NCBI GenBank assembly: GCA_963749075.1
Contig: CAVVLJ010000004.1
Span: 256,001-320,000 of the forward strand
DNA from: an uncultured Pseudomonadota bacterium
GTDB lineage: Bacteria; Pseudomonadota; Alphaproteobacteria; JACZXZ01
Length of the DNA stretch: 64,000 bases
Direction of reading: 5' to 3'
The translations under genes were made by a program, and so were the position numbers. The notes under the pieces were generated by a model that was given only the letters and a program-made list of their open reading frames with translations, did not search any database and was not told where the DNA came from. Below are positions 42,614 through 52,078 of this stretch, in pieces. How positions within the stretch are numbered: the first letter of the stretch is position 1; every line of letters begins with the position of its first letter.

Positions 42614-44644
42614 GTGAGCCAGAACGCGCCCCGCTCAGCCGCACTCGTCGGGCCTTACACGAGCGGCAAGACCACGCTGCTCGAGAGCCTGCTCTTCGTC
42701 ACCGGCGCCATTCACCGCAAGGGCTCGGTCAAGGACGGCAGCTCCGTGGGCGACAGCGCGCCCGAGGCGCGCGCGCACCAGATGTCGAGCGAGGTCAACG
42801 TGGCATCCACGAGCTTTCTCCGCGACAAATGGAGCTTCCTCGACTGCCCCGGCTCGATCGAGTTCTTCCAGGAGACCCAGAACGCCCTCCTCATAGCCGA
42901 CATGGCGGTGATCGTCGCCGAGGCGGTGGTCGAGCGCGCGATGGCGCTGGCACCTCTCTTCAAGTTCCTCGACGACCACAGCATTCCGCACATGGTGTTC
43001 ATCAACAAGATGGACACCGCGGCGGTGCGCGTGCGCGAGGTGCTGGCGGCCCTCCAGGCGGTCTCGGCGCGTCCGCTCGTGCTGCGCCAGGTGCCGATCC
43101 GCGACGGCGGCGAGGCGATCAGCGGCTACGTCGACCTGGTGAGCGAGCGCGCCTACAAGTACAAGCCCGGCGGCGCTTCGGACCTGGTGGCGCTGCCCGA
43201 GACGGAGGCGGAGCGCGAGAAGCAGAGCCGCCAGGAGCTTCTCGAGACGCTCGCCGACTTCGACGACAAGCTCTTGGAGCAGCTCCTCGAGGACACGGTG
43301 CCCGACAAGGCCAACGTCTACCGGCACCTCACGCGCAGCGTGCAGGAGGACAAGCTGGTGCCGGTCTTCCTGGGTGCTGCCGAGCGCGAGTACGGCGTGC
43401 GCCGCTTGCTCAAGGCGCTGCGCCACGAGACGCCGCAGCCCCAAGCGACGGCGGAGCGCCACGGTATTGCGCCCGCGGGCGAGCCCTGCGCGCGCATCTT
43501 CAAGACTTTCAACATGCCCCACTCGGGCAAGCTCTCGCTCGTGCGCGTGTGGCGCGGCGAGTTCTCCGACGGCGAGCAGCTCCACGGCGAGCGCGTGAGC
43601 GGCCTCTACACCATGCTCGGCCATCAGACGCTCAAGCAGCAGAAGGCGGGCATCGGCGAGGTCGTCGCCTTCGGCCGCATGGAGAAGGCGCACACGGGCG
43701 AGCTCCTGACCCCCTCGGGCAAGGAGGTTGCCGGCGCCGAGCCCTGGCTGCCGCCCATCCGGCCGCTCTTCTCGGCAGCCCTCCAGGCCGAGAACCGCCA
43801 GGACGAGGTCAAGCTCACCGCCGCCATCCAGAAGCTCGCCGAGGAGGACCCCTCGCTCTCCTTCGAGCAGCGCGCCGACACCCACGAGCTGCTGCTCTGG
43901 GGCCAGGGCGAGATGCACCTCAACATCGCGATCGACCGCCTCAAGGACCGCAACAAGCTGCAGCTCAAGGCGCGTCCGCCTCAGATCCCCTACAAGGAGA
44001 CCATCCGCAAGCCGGTCACCCAGCACGCGCGCCACAAGAAGCAGTCGGGCGGCCACGGCCAGTTCGGCGACGTGAAGGTCGAGATCAAGCCGCTCTCGCG
44101 CGGCGCTGGCTTCGAGTTCGTCAACAAGATCGTGGGCGGCACGGTGCCGCGCCAGTTCATCCCCTCGGTCGAGCACGGCGTACGCGATTTCCTGCCGCGC
44201 GGGCCGCTCGGCTTCGAGGTGGTCGATCTCTCCGTCACCCTCTTCGACGGCCAGTTCCACTCGGTCGACAGCTCGGACATGGCGTTCCGCACCGCGGCGC
44301 GCATGGCGATGAGCGAGGGGCTGCCGAAGTGCGATCCGGTGCTGCTCGAGCCCATCCTCGAGGTCAAGATCTCGGCGCCCAACGACTTCACCGCCAACGT
44401 GCAGCGCCTCATCACCGGCCGGCGCGGCCAGATCCTCGGCTTCAGCGCCAAGGAAGGCTGGAAGGGCTGGGACGAGACGGTGGCCAACATCCCGCAGTCG
44501 GAAATCCGCGACATGATCATCGAGCTGCGCTCGCTCACCTACGGCGTCGGCACCTTCGAGTGGCGCTTCCACCATCTCCAGGAGCTGAGCGGGCGCGAGG
44601 CGGACCACGTGATCCAGGAGCGCCAGGCCGCGGCGCAGGCGTGA
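42614..44644 (+). CDS. Elongation factor G-like protein (EF-G II paralogue)
   Basis: GPYTSGKTT, DCPG, NKMD, GQGEMHL, KKQSGGHGQF, HSVDSS. Confidence 0.9.
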   Translation: MSQNAPRSAALVGPYTSGKTTLLESLLFVTGAIHRKGSVKDGSSVGDSAPEARAHQMSSEVNVASTSFLRDKWSFLDCPGSIEFFQETQNALLIADMAVIVAEAVVERAMALAPLFKFLDDHSIPHMVFINKMDTAAVRVREVLAALQAVSARPLVLRQVPIRDGGEAISGYVDLVSERAYKYKPGGASDLVALPETEAEREKQSRQELLETLADFDDKLLEQLLEDTVPDKANVYRHLTRSVQEDKLVPVFLGAAEREYGVRRLLKALRHETPQPQATAERHGIAPAGEPCARIFKTFNMPHSGKLSLVRVWRGEFSDGEQLHGERVSGLYTMLGHQTLKQQKAGIGEVVAFGRMEKAHTGELLTPSGKEVAGAEPWLPPIRPLFSAALQAENRQDEVKLTAAIQKLAEEDPSLSFEQRADTHELLLWGQGEMHLNIAIDRLKDRNKLQLKARPPQIPYKETIRKPVTQHARHKKQSGGHGQFGDVKVEIKPLSRGAGFEFVNKIVGGTVPRQFIPSVEHGVRDFLPRGPLGFEVVDLSVTLFDGQFHSVDSSDMAFRTAARMAMSEGLPKCDPVLLEPILEVKISAPNDFTANVQRLITGRRGQILGFSAKEGWKGWDETVANIPQSEIRDMIIELRSLTYGVGTFEWRFHHLQELSGREADHVIQERQAAAQA

Positions 44645-44649
44645 GCGAC

Positions 44650-45459
44650 ATGATGTCAACCTCGGACACGCATGGGCCGGCAGAGCGCGCCGAGCGCGCG
44701 GCCCGGCTCCTCCTCGAGGCGCGGCGGGCGCACCGACCGCTCGAGCGGCTGCCCGATGATTGCCAGCCGCGCAGCGTCGAGGAGGGCTATGCCGTGCAGG
44801 ACGCGCTCGCGCGCCTGGACGGCCGGCCGGTAGGCGGCTGGAAGATCGGCTGCACCAGCAGCTTCGCCCAGCGCCTCATGGGCATCCCGCAGCCCTTCCC
44901 CGGCCGCGTCTTCGCCGCGACCATCCACGCGAGCCCCGCGGTCATCGACCCGCGCGACTTCATCGCCATCGGGCTCGAGCCCGAGTTCGCCTTCCGCCTC
45001 GCGCGCGACCTGCCGCCGCGCGCCGAGCCCTATGGGCGGCGGGACGTCGAGGCGGCGGTGGGCGCCTTCCACCCCTCGTGCGAGCTCGTCGAGATGCGCT
45101 TTCTCCATTGGCGCAACGTGGGCGGACCGAGCCTCATCGCGGACAATGGCTGCAACGGAGCGCTCGTGCTCGGCGCCGCCACCGAGGCGTGGCGCACGGT
45201 CGATCTCGCGGCGCACGAGCTCAGGCTCTCGATCAACGGCAAGCTCGCGGCCGAGGGCAAGGGTGCCGCCGCCCTCGGCCATCCGCTTGCGGCCCTCGCC
45301 TGGCTCGCCAACGACCGCAGCCGCCACGGCAGCGGGCTCAAGGCGGGCGAGGTCGTCACCACCGGCACCTGCGCCGGCGTCCACGACCTCAAGCGCGGCG
45401 ACGAAGCCGAGGCCGATTACGGCGAGCTCGGCCGCGTGGCGTTGAGCATCAAGGGCTGA
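44650..45459 (+). CDS. 2-keto-4-pentenoate hydratase-like (FAH family)
   Basis: GYAVQ, GWKIG, EPEFAF, IADN, LGHP...L.WLAN, VTTGT. Confidence 0.88.
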   Translation: MMSTSDTHGPAERAERAARLLLEARRAHRPLERLPDDCQPRSVEEGYAVQDALARLDGRPVGGWKIGCTSSFAQRLMGIPQPFPGRVFAATIHASPAVIDPRDFIAIGLEPEFAFRLARDLPPRAEPYGRRDVEAAVGAFHPSCELVEMRFLHWRNVGGPSLIADNGCNGALVLGAATEAWRTVDLAAHELRLSINGKLAAEGKGAAALGHPLAALAWLANDRSRHGSGLKAGEVVTTGTCAGVHDLKRGDEAEADYGELGRVALSIKG

Positions 45460-45486
45460 ACGCCGCGCCAAACCCGACGCCGCACA

Positions 45487-46512
45487 TCAGGCGCCCCCGA
45501 GCGCCGCGCGCGCCAGCGCCGTCCCCGCGGTGAGCGCCCTCAATTTCCCCCGCGCCACCTCGCGTTCGAGCGGCGCCATGCCGCAGTTGGTACAGGGGAG
45601 GATGCGCTCGGCCGGCACGAACTCGGCGGCAGCGAGGATGCTGTCCCGCACCTCCTCGGGCCGCTCGATGCGCACGCTCGCCACGTCGATCACGCCCACC
45701 AGCACGTCCTTGCCGGCAAGCAGCTTGAGGAGCGGCAGCGGCACGCGCGAGCCGGCGCACTCGAGCGAGACCTGGGCGATGCGGCTCGCGGCGAGGGCCG
45801 GGAAGAAGCGCTCGTACTGGCGCCACTCGCTGCCGAGCGTCTTCTTCCACTCGATGTTCTCCTTGATCCCGTAGCCGTAGCAGATGTGCACGGCCGTCGG
45901 AATCGAGAGCCCGTCCACCGCACGCTCGAGTGCCGCGATGCCCCAGGCGACCGCCTCCTCCGGATAGGCGTTGAAGGCGGGCTCGTCGAGCTGCAGCACG
46001 TCGACGCCGAGGGCTTCGAGCTCCTTCGCCTCCTCGTTGATGAGGCGCGCGAAGGCGTGGGCGAGCTTGGGGCGGTCGTTGTAATAGGCATCCGCCAGCG
46101 TATCGACGATCGTCATGGGTCCGGGGATGGTGACCTTGAGCTTGCGCCGCGTGTGGGCGCGCATGAAGCGGGCCTCCTCGCCGTGCACCGGGCGCTTGCG
46201 CGCGATGGGTCCCGTGACCGTCGGGCAGTTCGCCTCGTAGCGGTTGTCGCGGATGCCGATGCGCCTCTTGTGCGCGAAGTCGATGCCGTCGATGTGCTCG
46301 AGGAAGCCGTGCACGAAATGCTGGCGGAACTGCTCGCCGTCGGTGACGATGTCGATGCCGGCGTCCTCCTCCTCCTTGAGCCAGAGGAGGGCGGCATCGC
46401 GCTTGGCCTCCTCGAGCTCGGCGCCCTCAAATCGCCACGCCGGCCATAGCTTCTCCGTCTCCGCAAGCCAGAAGGGTTTCGGCAGGCTGCCGGCGATGGT
46501 GGTCTCGAGCAT
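45487..46512 (-). CDS. Cobalamin-independent core methionine synthase (MesD-like)
   Basis: AGSLPKP.WLAE.EKLW, TDGEQ.RQHFV, PGPMT..DT, HICYGY, SLEC, CTNCGM. Confidence 0.85.
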   Translation of the reverse strand: MLETTIAGSLPKPFWLAETEKLWPAWRFEGAELEEAKRDAALLWLKEEEDAGIDIVTDGEQFRQHFVHGFLEHIDGIDFAHKRRIGIRDNRYEANCPTVTGPIARKRPVHGEEARFMRAHTRRKLKVTIPGPMTIVDTLADAYYNDRPKLAHAFARLINEEAKELEALGVDVLQLDEPAFNAYPEEAVAWGIAALERAVDGLSIPTAVHICYGYGIKENIEWKKTLGSEWRQYERFFPALAASRIAQVSLECAGSRVPLPLLKLLAGKDVLVGVIDVASVRIERPEEVRDSILAAAEFVPAERILPCTNCGMAPLEREVARGKLRALTAGTALARAALGGA

Positions 46513-46634
46513 GGTCGCCTCCCGGGAATATTCTACGCAACGATGGCCTTGGGGCGGCAACATACAGGATATCGGAACGACACTCGATTGAGTTGTCCCG
46601 CGTTCGAGCTTCGCTCGTGGAGTCCGAGAGATTG

Positions 46635-46807
46635 CCCTCTCCTCCTTCAGGAGGAGAGGGAGGGACCCATCGCGAAGCGATGGGAGGGTGAGGAGGTCGT
46701 GCCGAGCGCGAGGAGTCGCGCGACAGCAGTTGCGCGCACTCAAGCTTGGTCTGCGTGCGGCCAGAGCCCTCCTCACCCCGACCCTCTCCTCCTGAAGGAG
46801 GAGAGGG
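46635..46807. repeat. Palindromic repeat family A (two units)
   Basis: CCCTCTCCTCCTTCAGGAGGAGAGGG...GGGAGGGTGAGG and CCTCACCCCGACCCTCTCCTCCTGAAGGAGGAGAGGG. Confidence 0.85.
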
Positions 46808-46818
46808 AGCTGCTGCCG

Positions 46819-48237
46819 CTAATCCGTCACCCAGGAGATGCGCAGGAGGTTGGTGGAGCCGGGCGTGCCGAAGGGGATGCCGGCGGTGGTGACGAGCCGC
46901 TCGCCCTTCGCGGCGAGCCCTTGATGGAAGGCATGATAGCCGGCGTGCTCGACCATCTCCTCGACGCTCGTCACGTCCTCGGTATGGACGCAATGGGTGC
47001 CCCAGGCGAGGGCCAGGCGCCGCGCGGTCTCGATCTTGGGCGTGAGACAGAGGATGGGCACGTCGGGGCGCTCGCGGGCGGCGCGCAGCGTGGTCGAGCC
47101 CGAGCTGGTGAAGGTCACGATGGCCGCCGCCGAGACCGTGCTCGCGACCTGGCGGGCCGCTGCCGTGATGGCGTCGGCCGGCGTCGCCTCCGGATCGGGA
47201 TGCTCGGCATCCATGATGCGGCGGTAGCGCGGGTCGCGCTCGACGCGGACGACGATGCGGTCCATCATCTCGACCGCCTCGACCGGATAGGCGCCGCTCG
47301 CGGTCTCGGCCGAGAGCATGACCGCATCCGCCCCCTCATAGACGGCGGTCGCCACGTCGGAGGCCTCGGCGCGCGTCGGCGTGGGCGTCAGGATCATCGA
47401 TTCGAGCATCTGGGTGGCGATCACCACCGGCCGGCCGGCGAAGCGGCAGACGCGCACGATCTGGCGCTGCAGCGGCGGCACGTCCTCGGGCGGCAGCTCG
47501 ACGCCGAGATCGCCGCGCGCCACCATCACCGCATCGACGAGATCGACGATCTCCTCGAGGTGCTCGATCGCCGCGGGCTTCTCGAGCTTGGCGAGCAAGC
47601 CGGCGCGCCCGGCGATGAGCTTGCGCGCCTCGGCGATGTCCTCGGGCCGCTGCACGAAGCTCAGGCCCACCCAATCGACGCCCATGTCGAGGCCGAACTG
47701 GAGATCGCTGCGGTCCTTCTCGGTGAGCGAGGAGATGGGCAGCACCACGCCGGGGACGTTGACGCCCTTGCGGTCGCTCAAGGTGCCGCCCACCGCCACC
47801 TCGCAGTCGGCGAAGCTGGGCCCGCAGTGGACGACCTTGAGGCGCAGCTTGCCGTCGTCGAGGAGGAGCTCGGCGCCCGGCTCGAGAGACGCGAAGATTT
47901 CGGGGTGGGGCAGCGGCGCCCGCGTCTCGTTCCCCTCTTCGGGCGAGAGGTCGAGGCGGAAGGGCCGGCCGGCCTCGAGAGTGACCTTGCCGCCGGCCAG
48001 GCATCCGACGCGCAGCTTGGGTCCTTGCAGATCCATGAGCACGCCGATCGGCCGCCCCGACGCGCGCTCGAGCGCGCGGATGGCGGCGAGGCGCTCCTTG
48101 TGGTCGGCCTGCTGGCCGTGGCTGAAATTGAGGCGGAAGACGTCGGCGCCGGCCTCGAAGAGCGCGCGGATGCGCTCGTAGCTCGAGCTCGAGGGCCCGA
48201 GGGTGGCAACGATCTTGGCCTTGCGCTTGCGCCGCAT
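46819..48237 (-). CDS. pyk: Pyruvate kinase
   Basis: KIVATLGP, RLNFSHG, DLQGPK, MVARGDLG, ATQMLESM, MLSAETA. Confidence 0.96.
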   Translation of the reverse strand: MRRKRKAKIVATLGPSSSSYERIRALFEAGADVFRLNFSHGQQADHKERLAAIRALERASGRPIGVLMDLQGPKLRVGCLAGGKVTLEAGRPFRLDLSPEEGNETRAPLPHPEIFASLEPGAELLLDDGKLRLKVVHCGPSFADCEVAVGGTLSDRKGVNVPGVVLPISSLTEKDRSDLQFGLDMGVDWVGLSFVQRPEDIAEARKLIAGRAGLLAKLEKPAAIEHLEEIVDLVDAVMVARGDLGVELPPEDVPPLQRQIVRVCRFAGRPVVIATQMLESMILTPTPTRAEASDVATAVYEGADAVMLSAETASGAYPVEAVEMMDRIVVRVERDPRYRRIMDAEHPDPEATPADAITAAARQVASTVSAAAIVTFTSSGSTTLRAARERPDVPILCLTPKIETARRLALAWGTHCVHTEDVTSVEEMVEHAGYHAFHQGLAAKGERLVTTAGIPFGTPGSTNLLRISWVTD

Positions 48238-48246
48238 GGCCGGAGC

Positions 48247-49527
48247 TTAGCCGCTGGCGCCGCCGCCGTCGATCAGGATTGCGCGGAAATCATTGACGTT
48301 CGTATGTGTCGGTCCCGTGACAAGAAGGTCGCCCGTGGCGGCGAAGAAGCTATAGGAGTCGTTGTCGTCGAGGAGTGCAAGCGGAGCGAGGCCGCCCGCC
48401 TGCGCGCGCGCGAGCGTGTCGGGGCCGATCAGCGCACCGGCATTGTCCTCGCTGCCGTCGATGCCGTCGGTGCCGGCGGCGAGGGCGTGGATGCGCGGCT
48501 CGCCGGCGAGCGCCAATGCCAGGGCGAGGAGGAGCTCGCTGTTGCGTCCGCCCTTGCCTTTGCCGCGCACGGTCACCGTCGCCTCGCCGCCCGAGAGGAG
48601 GACGCCGGGTGCTTCCACCGGCTGGCCGAAGCGCACCACCTGGCGCGCGATGGCCGCGAGCGCCCGCGCCACCTCGCGCGCCTCGCCTTCGAGCGAATCG
48701 CTGAGGATGAGCGGCCTAATGCCCGCCGCGCGCGCTTTCGCCGCCGCCGCCTCGAGCGACATCTGCGGCGTGGCGATGAGCCGGTAGCGCGCGTGGGCGA
48801 GCCGGGGGTCGCCCGGCTTGGGCGTCTCAGCGTCTGCACCCGAGGCGAGGCGGCGGGTCACGGCCGCCGGCGGTGCGATGCCGTATTTGGCGATGATGGC
48901 GCGCGCATCGGCGAAGCTCGTGGGATCGGCCACGGTGGGGCCCGAGCCGATGACGCTGGGGTCGTCGCCCGGCACGTCCGAGATGGCGAGGGTGACGAGC
49001 TGGGCCCGGCCGCAGGCGGCGGCGAGCCGCCCGCCCTTGATCGCCGAGAGGTGCTTCCTCACGCAGTTCATCTCGTGGATGGAGGCGCCCGAGCGCAGAA
49101 GGGCGCGGTTGACCTCCTGCTTGTCGGCGAGCGTCAAGCCTTCGGCGGGGAGGCTCAAGAGAGCGGAGGCGCCGCCCGACATCAGGCAGAGCACGAGATC
49201 GTCGGGCCCGAGGCCGGCCACGCGCGCGAGCATGCGGCGCGCCGCGGCCTCGCCCGCGGCGTCGGGCACCGGGTGCGAGGATTCGGCGATCTCGATGAAG
49301 CGGGTGGGGAGCTTCTGGCCGTAGCGCGTGACCGCGAGCCCCTCGAGCGGCGCCGGCCAATGAGCCTCGACCGCTTGCGCCATGGCGGCCGCCGCCTTGC
49401 CGGCGCCGACCACCACCGTGCGGCCCTTGGGCGGTGCGGGGAGGTGGGGCGGCAGCGCGTGCGCGGGCTCAGCCGCGGCGACCGCGGCGTCGAAGAGGCT
49501 GCGGAGGAAGGTGCGGGGGTCGTGCAT
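48247..49527 (-). CDS. ttuD: Glycerate 2-kinase (TtuD/MOFRL family)
   Basis: GAGKAA, SHPVPD, SGGASAL, KGGRL, SDVPGD, GGE.TV, TDGIDG, TNVND. Confidence 0.92.
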   Translation of the reverse strand: MHDPRTFLRSLFDAAVAAAEPAHALPPHLPAPPKGRTVVVGAGKAAAAMAQAVEAHWPAPLEGLAVTRYGQKLPTRFIEIAESSHPVPDAAGEAAARRMLARVAGLGPDDLVLCLMSGGASALLSLPAEGLTLADKQEVNRALLRSGASIHEMNCVRKHLSAIKGGRLAAACGRAQLVTLAISDVPGDDPSVIGSGPTVADPTSFADARAIIAKYGIAPPAAVTRRLASGADAETPKPGDPRLAHARYRLIATPQMSLEAAAAKARAAGIRPLILSDSLEGEAREVARALAAIARQVVRFGQPVEAPGVLLSGGEATVTVRGKGKGGRNSELLLALALALAGEPRIHALAAGTDGIDGSEDNAGALIGPDTLARAQAGGLAPLALLDDNDSYSFFAATGDLLVTGPTHTNVNDFRAILIDGGGASG

Positions 49528-49674
49528 TCCCTCACCCTCCCGCGGCCTTGCGGCCGCGGGTCCCTCCCTCTCCCGCTTGCGGGAGAGGGTGAAAGAGCCG
49601 CGCGTCCTCTAGTCCCTCTCCCGCTTGCGGGAGAGGGAAGGGGCCCGTTGCGAAGCAACGGGAAGGGTGAGGGA
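49528..49674. repeat. Palindromic repeat family A (complete inverted pair)
   Basis: TCCCTCACCCTCCC...CCCTCTCCCGCTTGCGGGAGAGGG twice...GGGAAGGGTGAGGGA. Confidence 0.88.
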
Positions 49675-49686
49675 TTTCACCCTCCC

Positions 49687-50583
49687 TCACTCTTTCTTCG
49701 CAACTTGGTGGTTGGCCAGACGCTCGAGCGCCTGCACCATGCCGGAGTGGTCCCAGTCTTTGCCGCCCATGGCGGCGCAGGCGTTGAAGAGCTCCTGGGC
49801 CGTCGCGGTATTGGGCAGGCTCACGCCGAGCTCGCGCGCGGCGGCGAGTGCCAAGCCGAGGTCCTTCTGGTGAAGCTCGATGCGGAAGCCGGGCTTGAAG
49901 GTGCGCTCGATCATGCGCTGGCCGTGCACCTCGAGGATGCGCGAGCCGGCGAAGCCGCCCATGAGGGCCTGGCGCACCTTGGCCGGGTCGGCGCCCGCCT
50001 TGGCCGCGAAGACGAGGGCCTCGCCCACCGCCTCGATGGTGAGCGCCACCACGATCTGGTTCGCCACCTTGCAGGTCTGGCCGTCGCCGTTGTTGGGGCC
50101 GACGTGGGTGATCGACTTGCCCATGAGCTCGAAGAGCGGCTTGGCGCGCTGAAACGCCGCCTCGGGCCCGCCCACCATGATGGTGAGTGCGGCTCCCTTG
50201 GCGCCGACCTCGCCGCCCGAGACGGGGGCATCGAGATAGTCGCAGCCCTTGTCGTTGACGCGCTTGGCAAAGCCGCGCGTGGCGGTCGGCGAGATCGAGC
50301 TCATGTCGATGACGAGCTTGCCCTTGGCGAGGCCGCCGGCGGTACCGTCCTTTGCGAACAGCACGGCCTCCACGTCCGGCGTATCCGGCACCATGACGAT
50401 GACGACCTCGCTCCGCTCGGCCACCTCCTTGGCGGAGGCGCAGGCGATCGCACCGCCGTCGAGGAGCTCCTGCGGCAGAGCGCTCCTGTGCTTGACGGTC
50501 GCGAGCTTGTGCCCCGCTTGCAAGAGATGGCCCGCCATGGGCCGCCCCATGATGCCGAGCCCGATGAAGCCCACTTGGGTCAT
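49687..50583 (-). CDS. glxR: 2-hydroxy-3-oxopropionate (tartronate semialdehyde) reductase
   Basis: GFIGLGIMG, DAPVSGGE, GQTCKVANQI, PGFRIELHQKDL. Confidence 0.93.
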   Translation of the reverse strand: MTQVGFIGLGIMGRPMAGHLLQAGHKLATVKHRSALPQELLDGGAIACASAKEVAERSEVVIVMVPDTPDVEAVLFAKDGTAGGLAKGKLVIDMSSISPTATRGFAKRVNDKGCDYLDAPVSGGEVGAKGAALTIMVGGPEAAFQRAKPLFELMGKSITHVGPNNGDGQTCKVANQIVVALTIEAVGEALVFAAKAGADPAKVRQALMGGFAGSRILEVHGQRMIERTFKPGFRIELHQKDLGLALAAARELGVSLPNTATAQELFNACAAMGGKDWDHSGMVQALERLANHQVAKKE

Positions 50584-50626
50584 GATGCCTCCTTGTTGTC
50601 CCTCTGGCCCGTCTCTCTGGTTGCCG

Positions 50627-51412
50627 TCAGTTGCGGCCGAGAAATTCCTTGGCCCAGCCGAGCCCGGGGAGCGTGCCCGCCGCCGGCCGGTACTCGCAGC
50701 CGACCCAGCCCTCGTAGCCCACCCTGTCCATGAACCCGAGGAGGAACCGGTAGTTGATCTCGCCGGTTCCCGGCTCGTGGCGTCCGGGCGTGTCGGCGAT
50801 CTGGATGTGGCCGATCACGGCGAGGTTGCGCTCGAGCGTGTGGGCGATGTCGCCCTCCATGATCTGGGCGTGATAGACGTCGTACTGCAGCTTGAGGTTC
50901 GCCGCCTTCACCGCCCCCATGACGGCGAGCGCCTGGGTCGAGGTGCAGAGGTAATAGCCCGGGATGTCGCGCGTGTTGATGGGCTCGATGAGCACCGTGA
51001 GGTTCTCCTTGGCCGCCGCCGCCGAGGCGAACTTGAGGTTCTCGACATAGGTCTCGCGCAAGCGGGCCGGATGCACGCCCGAGGGGGCGACGCCCGCCAT
51101 GACGTGGATGCGCGGGCAGCCGAGGGTCTTGGCGTACTCGATGGCGCGGCCGAGCCCGTCGCGGAACTCGTTCACGCGGTTGGGCAGGATGGCGATGCCG
51201 CGCTCGCCCGCCTCCCAGTCGCCGGGCGGCAGGTTGAAGAGCACCTGGGCGAGGCCGTGCTCGGCCAGGCGCTCGGCGATGGCTTCCTTGGCGTGGGCGT
51301 AGGGGAAGAGGTACTCGACGGCCTTGAAGCCCGCCTTGCTTGCCGCCTCGAAGCGCTCGAGGAACTCCACCTCGTTGAACATCATGCTGAGGTTGGCGGC
51401 GAGCTTGGGCAT
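50627..51412 (-). CDS. hyi: Hydroxypyruvate isomerase
   Basis: AANLSMMF, EYLFPY, IEPIN.RD.PGY, YD.YH, HIQIAD.PGRHEPG, GCEY. Confidence 0.94.
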   Translation of the reverse strand: MPKLAANLSMMFNEVEFLERFEAASKAGFKAVEYLFPYAHAKEAIAERLAEHGLAQVLFNLPPGDWEAGERGIAILPNRVNEFRDGLGRAIEYAKTLGCPRIHVMAGVAPSGVHPARLRETYVENLKFASAAAAKENLTVLIEPINTRDIPGYYLCTSTQALAVMGAVKAANLKLQYDVYHAQIMEGDIAHTLERNLAVIGHIQIADTPGRHEPGTGEINYRFLLGFMDRVGYEGWVGCEYRPAAGTLPGLGWAKEFLGRN

Positions 51413-51518
51413 GGCGGGGCCTTCTCGTGCTGTTGCGGCGTTGCCGACCGGTGGTACCGGTCCGGGCACCCCTTATAGTGAAAAAATCGCCGCTTGGGGA
51501 TGGAAACGCACGGAGGCG

Positions 51519-51686
51519 TTACCCCTTGCGCCGGCTTGCCGCAATGTCGTGTCCGAGCCCCAGAGAGAGATGCCTGCGAATAATCTCGAAGCCCCTCACG
51601 ATGGAGAAACGAGTCTGCTGGTCGGCGAGATAGGACTCGAGGGTCATGTCTCGGAGAAATTCGCGGTGGTCGCGCGGAGCCGTCAC
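51519..51686 (-). pseudogene. Remnant of HEPN/DUF86 (HepT) toxin
   Basis: GTGA overlap with MNT; reads MTAPRDHREFLRDM-TLESYLADQQTRFSIVRGFEII then unrelated sequence; no convincing Rx4H catalytic segment. Confidence 0.7.
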
Positions 51687-51976
51687 ACCCGGACCAACTC
51701 GCGCATCACGTTCCGCCCCATATGCGGCTTAAGCGCCTGTCGCGACACCAGATCGACTTCGCGGCCGGTCAGCGCCTTGAGCTCCTGCTCGAGTGCCAAG
51801 AATCTGGACAATGGCAATGGACCAGCAAACTCGACCAAGATGTCGAGATCGCTCGACTCGCCGGCGTCGCCGCGCGCGAACGAGCCGAAGAGCCCGAGCG
51901 ATCGGATCGGGTACTTTTCCTTGAGACCAGGCAAGGCGGCTTGCAGCCTCGTCAGCAGCGCTTCACGACCGCTCAT
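51683..51976 (-). CDS. Minimal nucleotidyltransferase (MntA-like antitoxin)
   Basis: LFGSFARG...SDLDILV...REVDLV. Confidence 0.9.
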   Translation of the reverse strand: MSGREALLTRLQAALPGLKEKYPIRSLGLFGSFARGDAGESSDLDILVEFAGPLPLSRFLALEQELKALTGREVDLVSRQALKPHMGRNVMRELVRV

Positions 51977-52078
51977 CGCACATCTCCGCGCGGATCAAAG
52001 GCCGTCTTTCCTCACAACCGATAGGATACAACGCCGAGGGCGCATTGGCGAATGGGCCGCGCACGCGGCGGTTTGGCG

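Noticed and set aside
46513-46630. SAM or cobalamin riboswitch before the methionine synthase
   Set aside because: No recognisable consensus, and a TAGAAT -10 lies close to the start codon
46635-49674. CRISPR array or IS ends from the repeated hairpins
   Set aside because: No regular repeat-spacer periodicity, no cas or transposase gene
46543-50733. 1396-aa ORF on +
   Set aside because: Antisense shadow of pyk, ttuD and glxR caused by high GC3; no motifs
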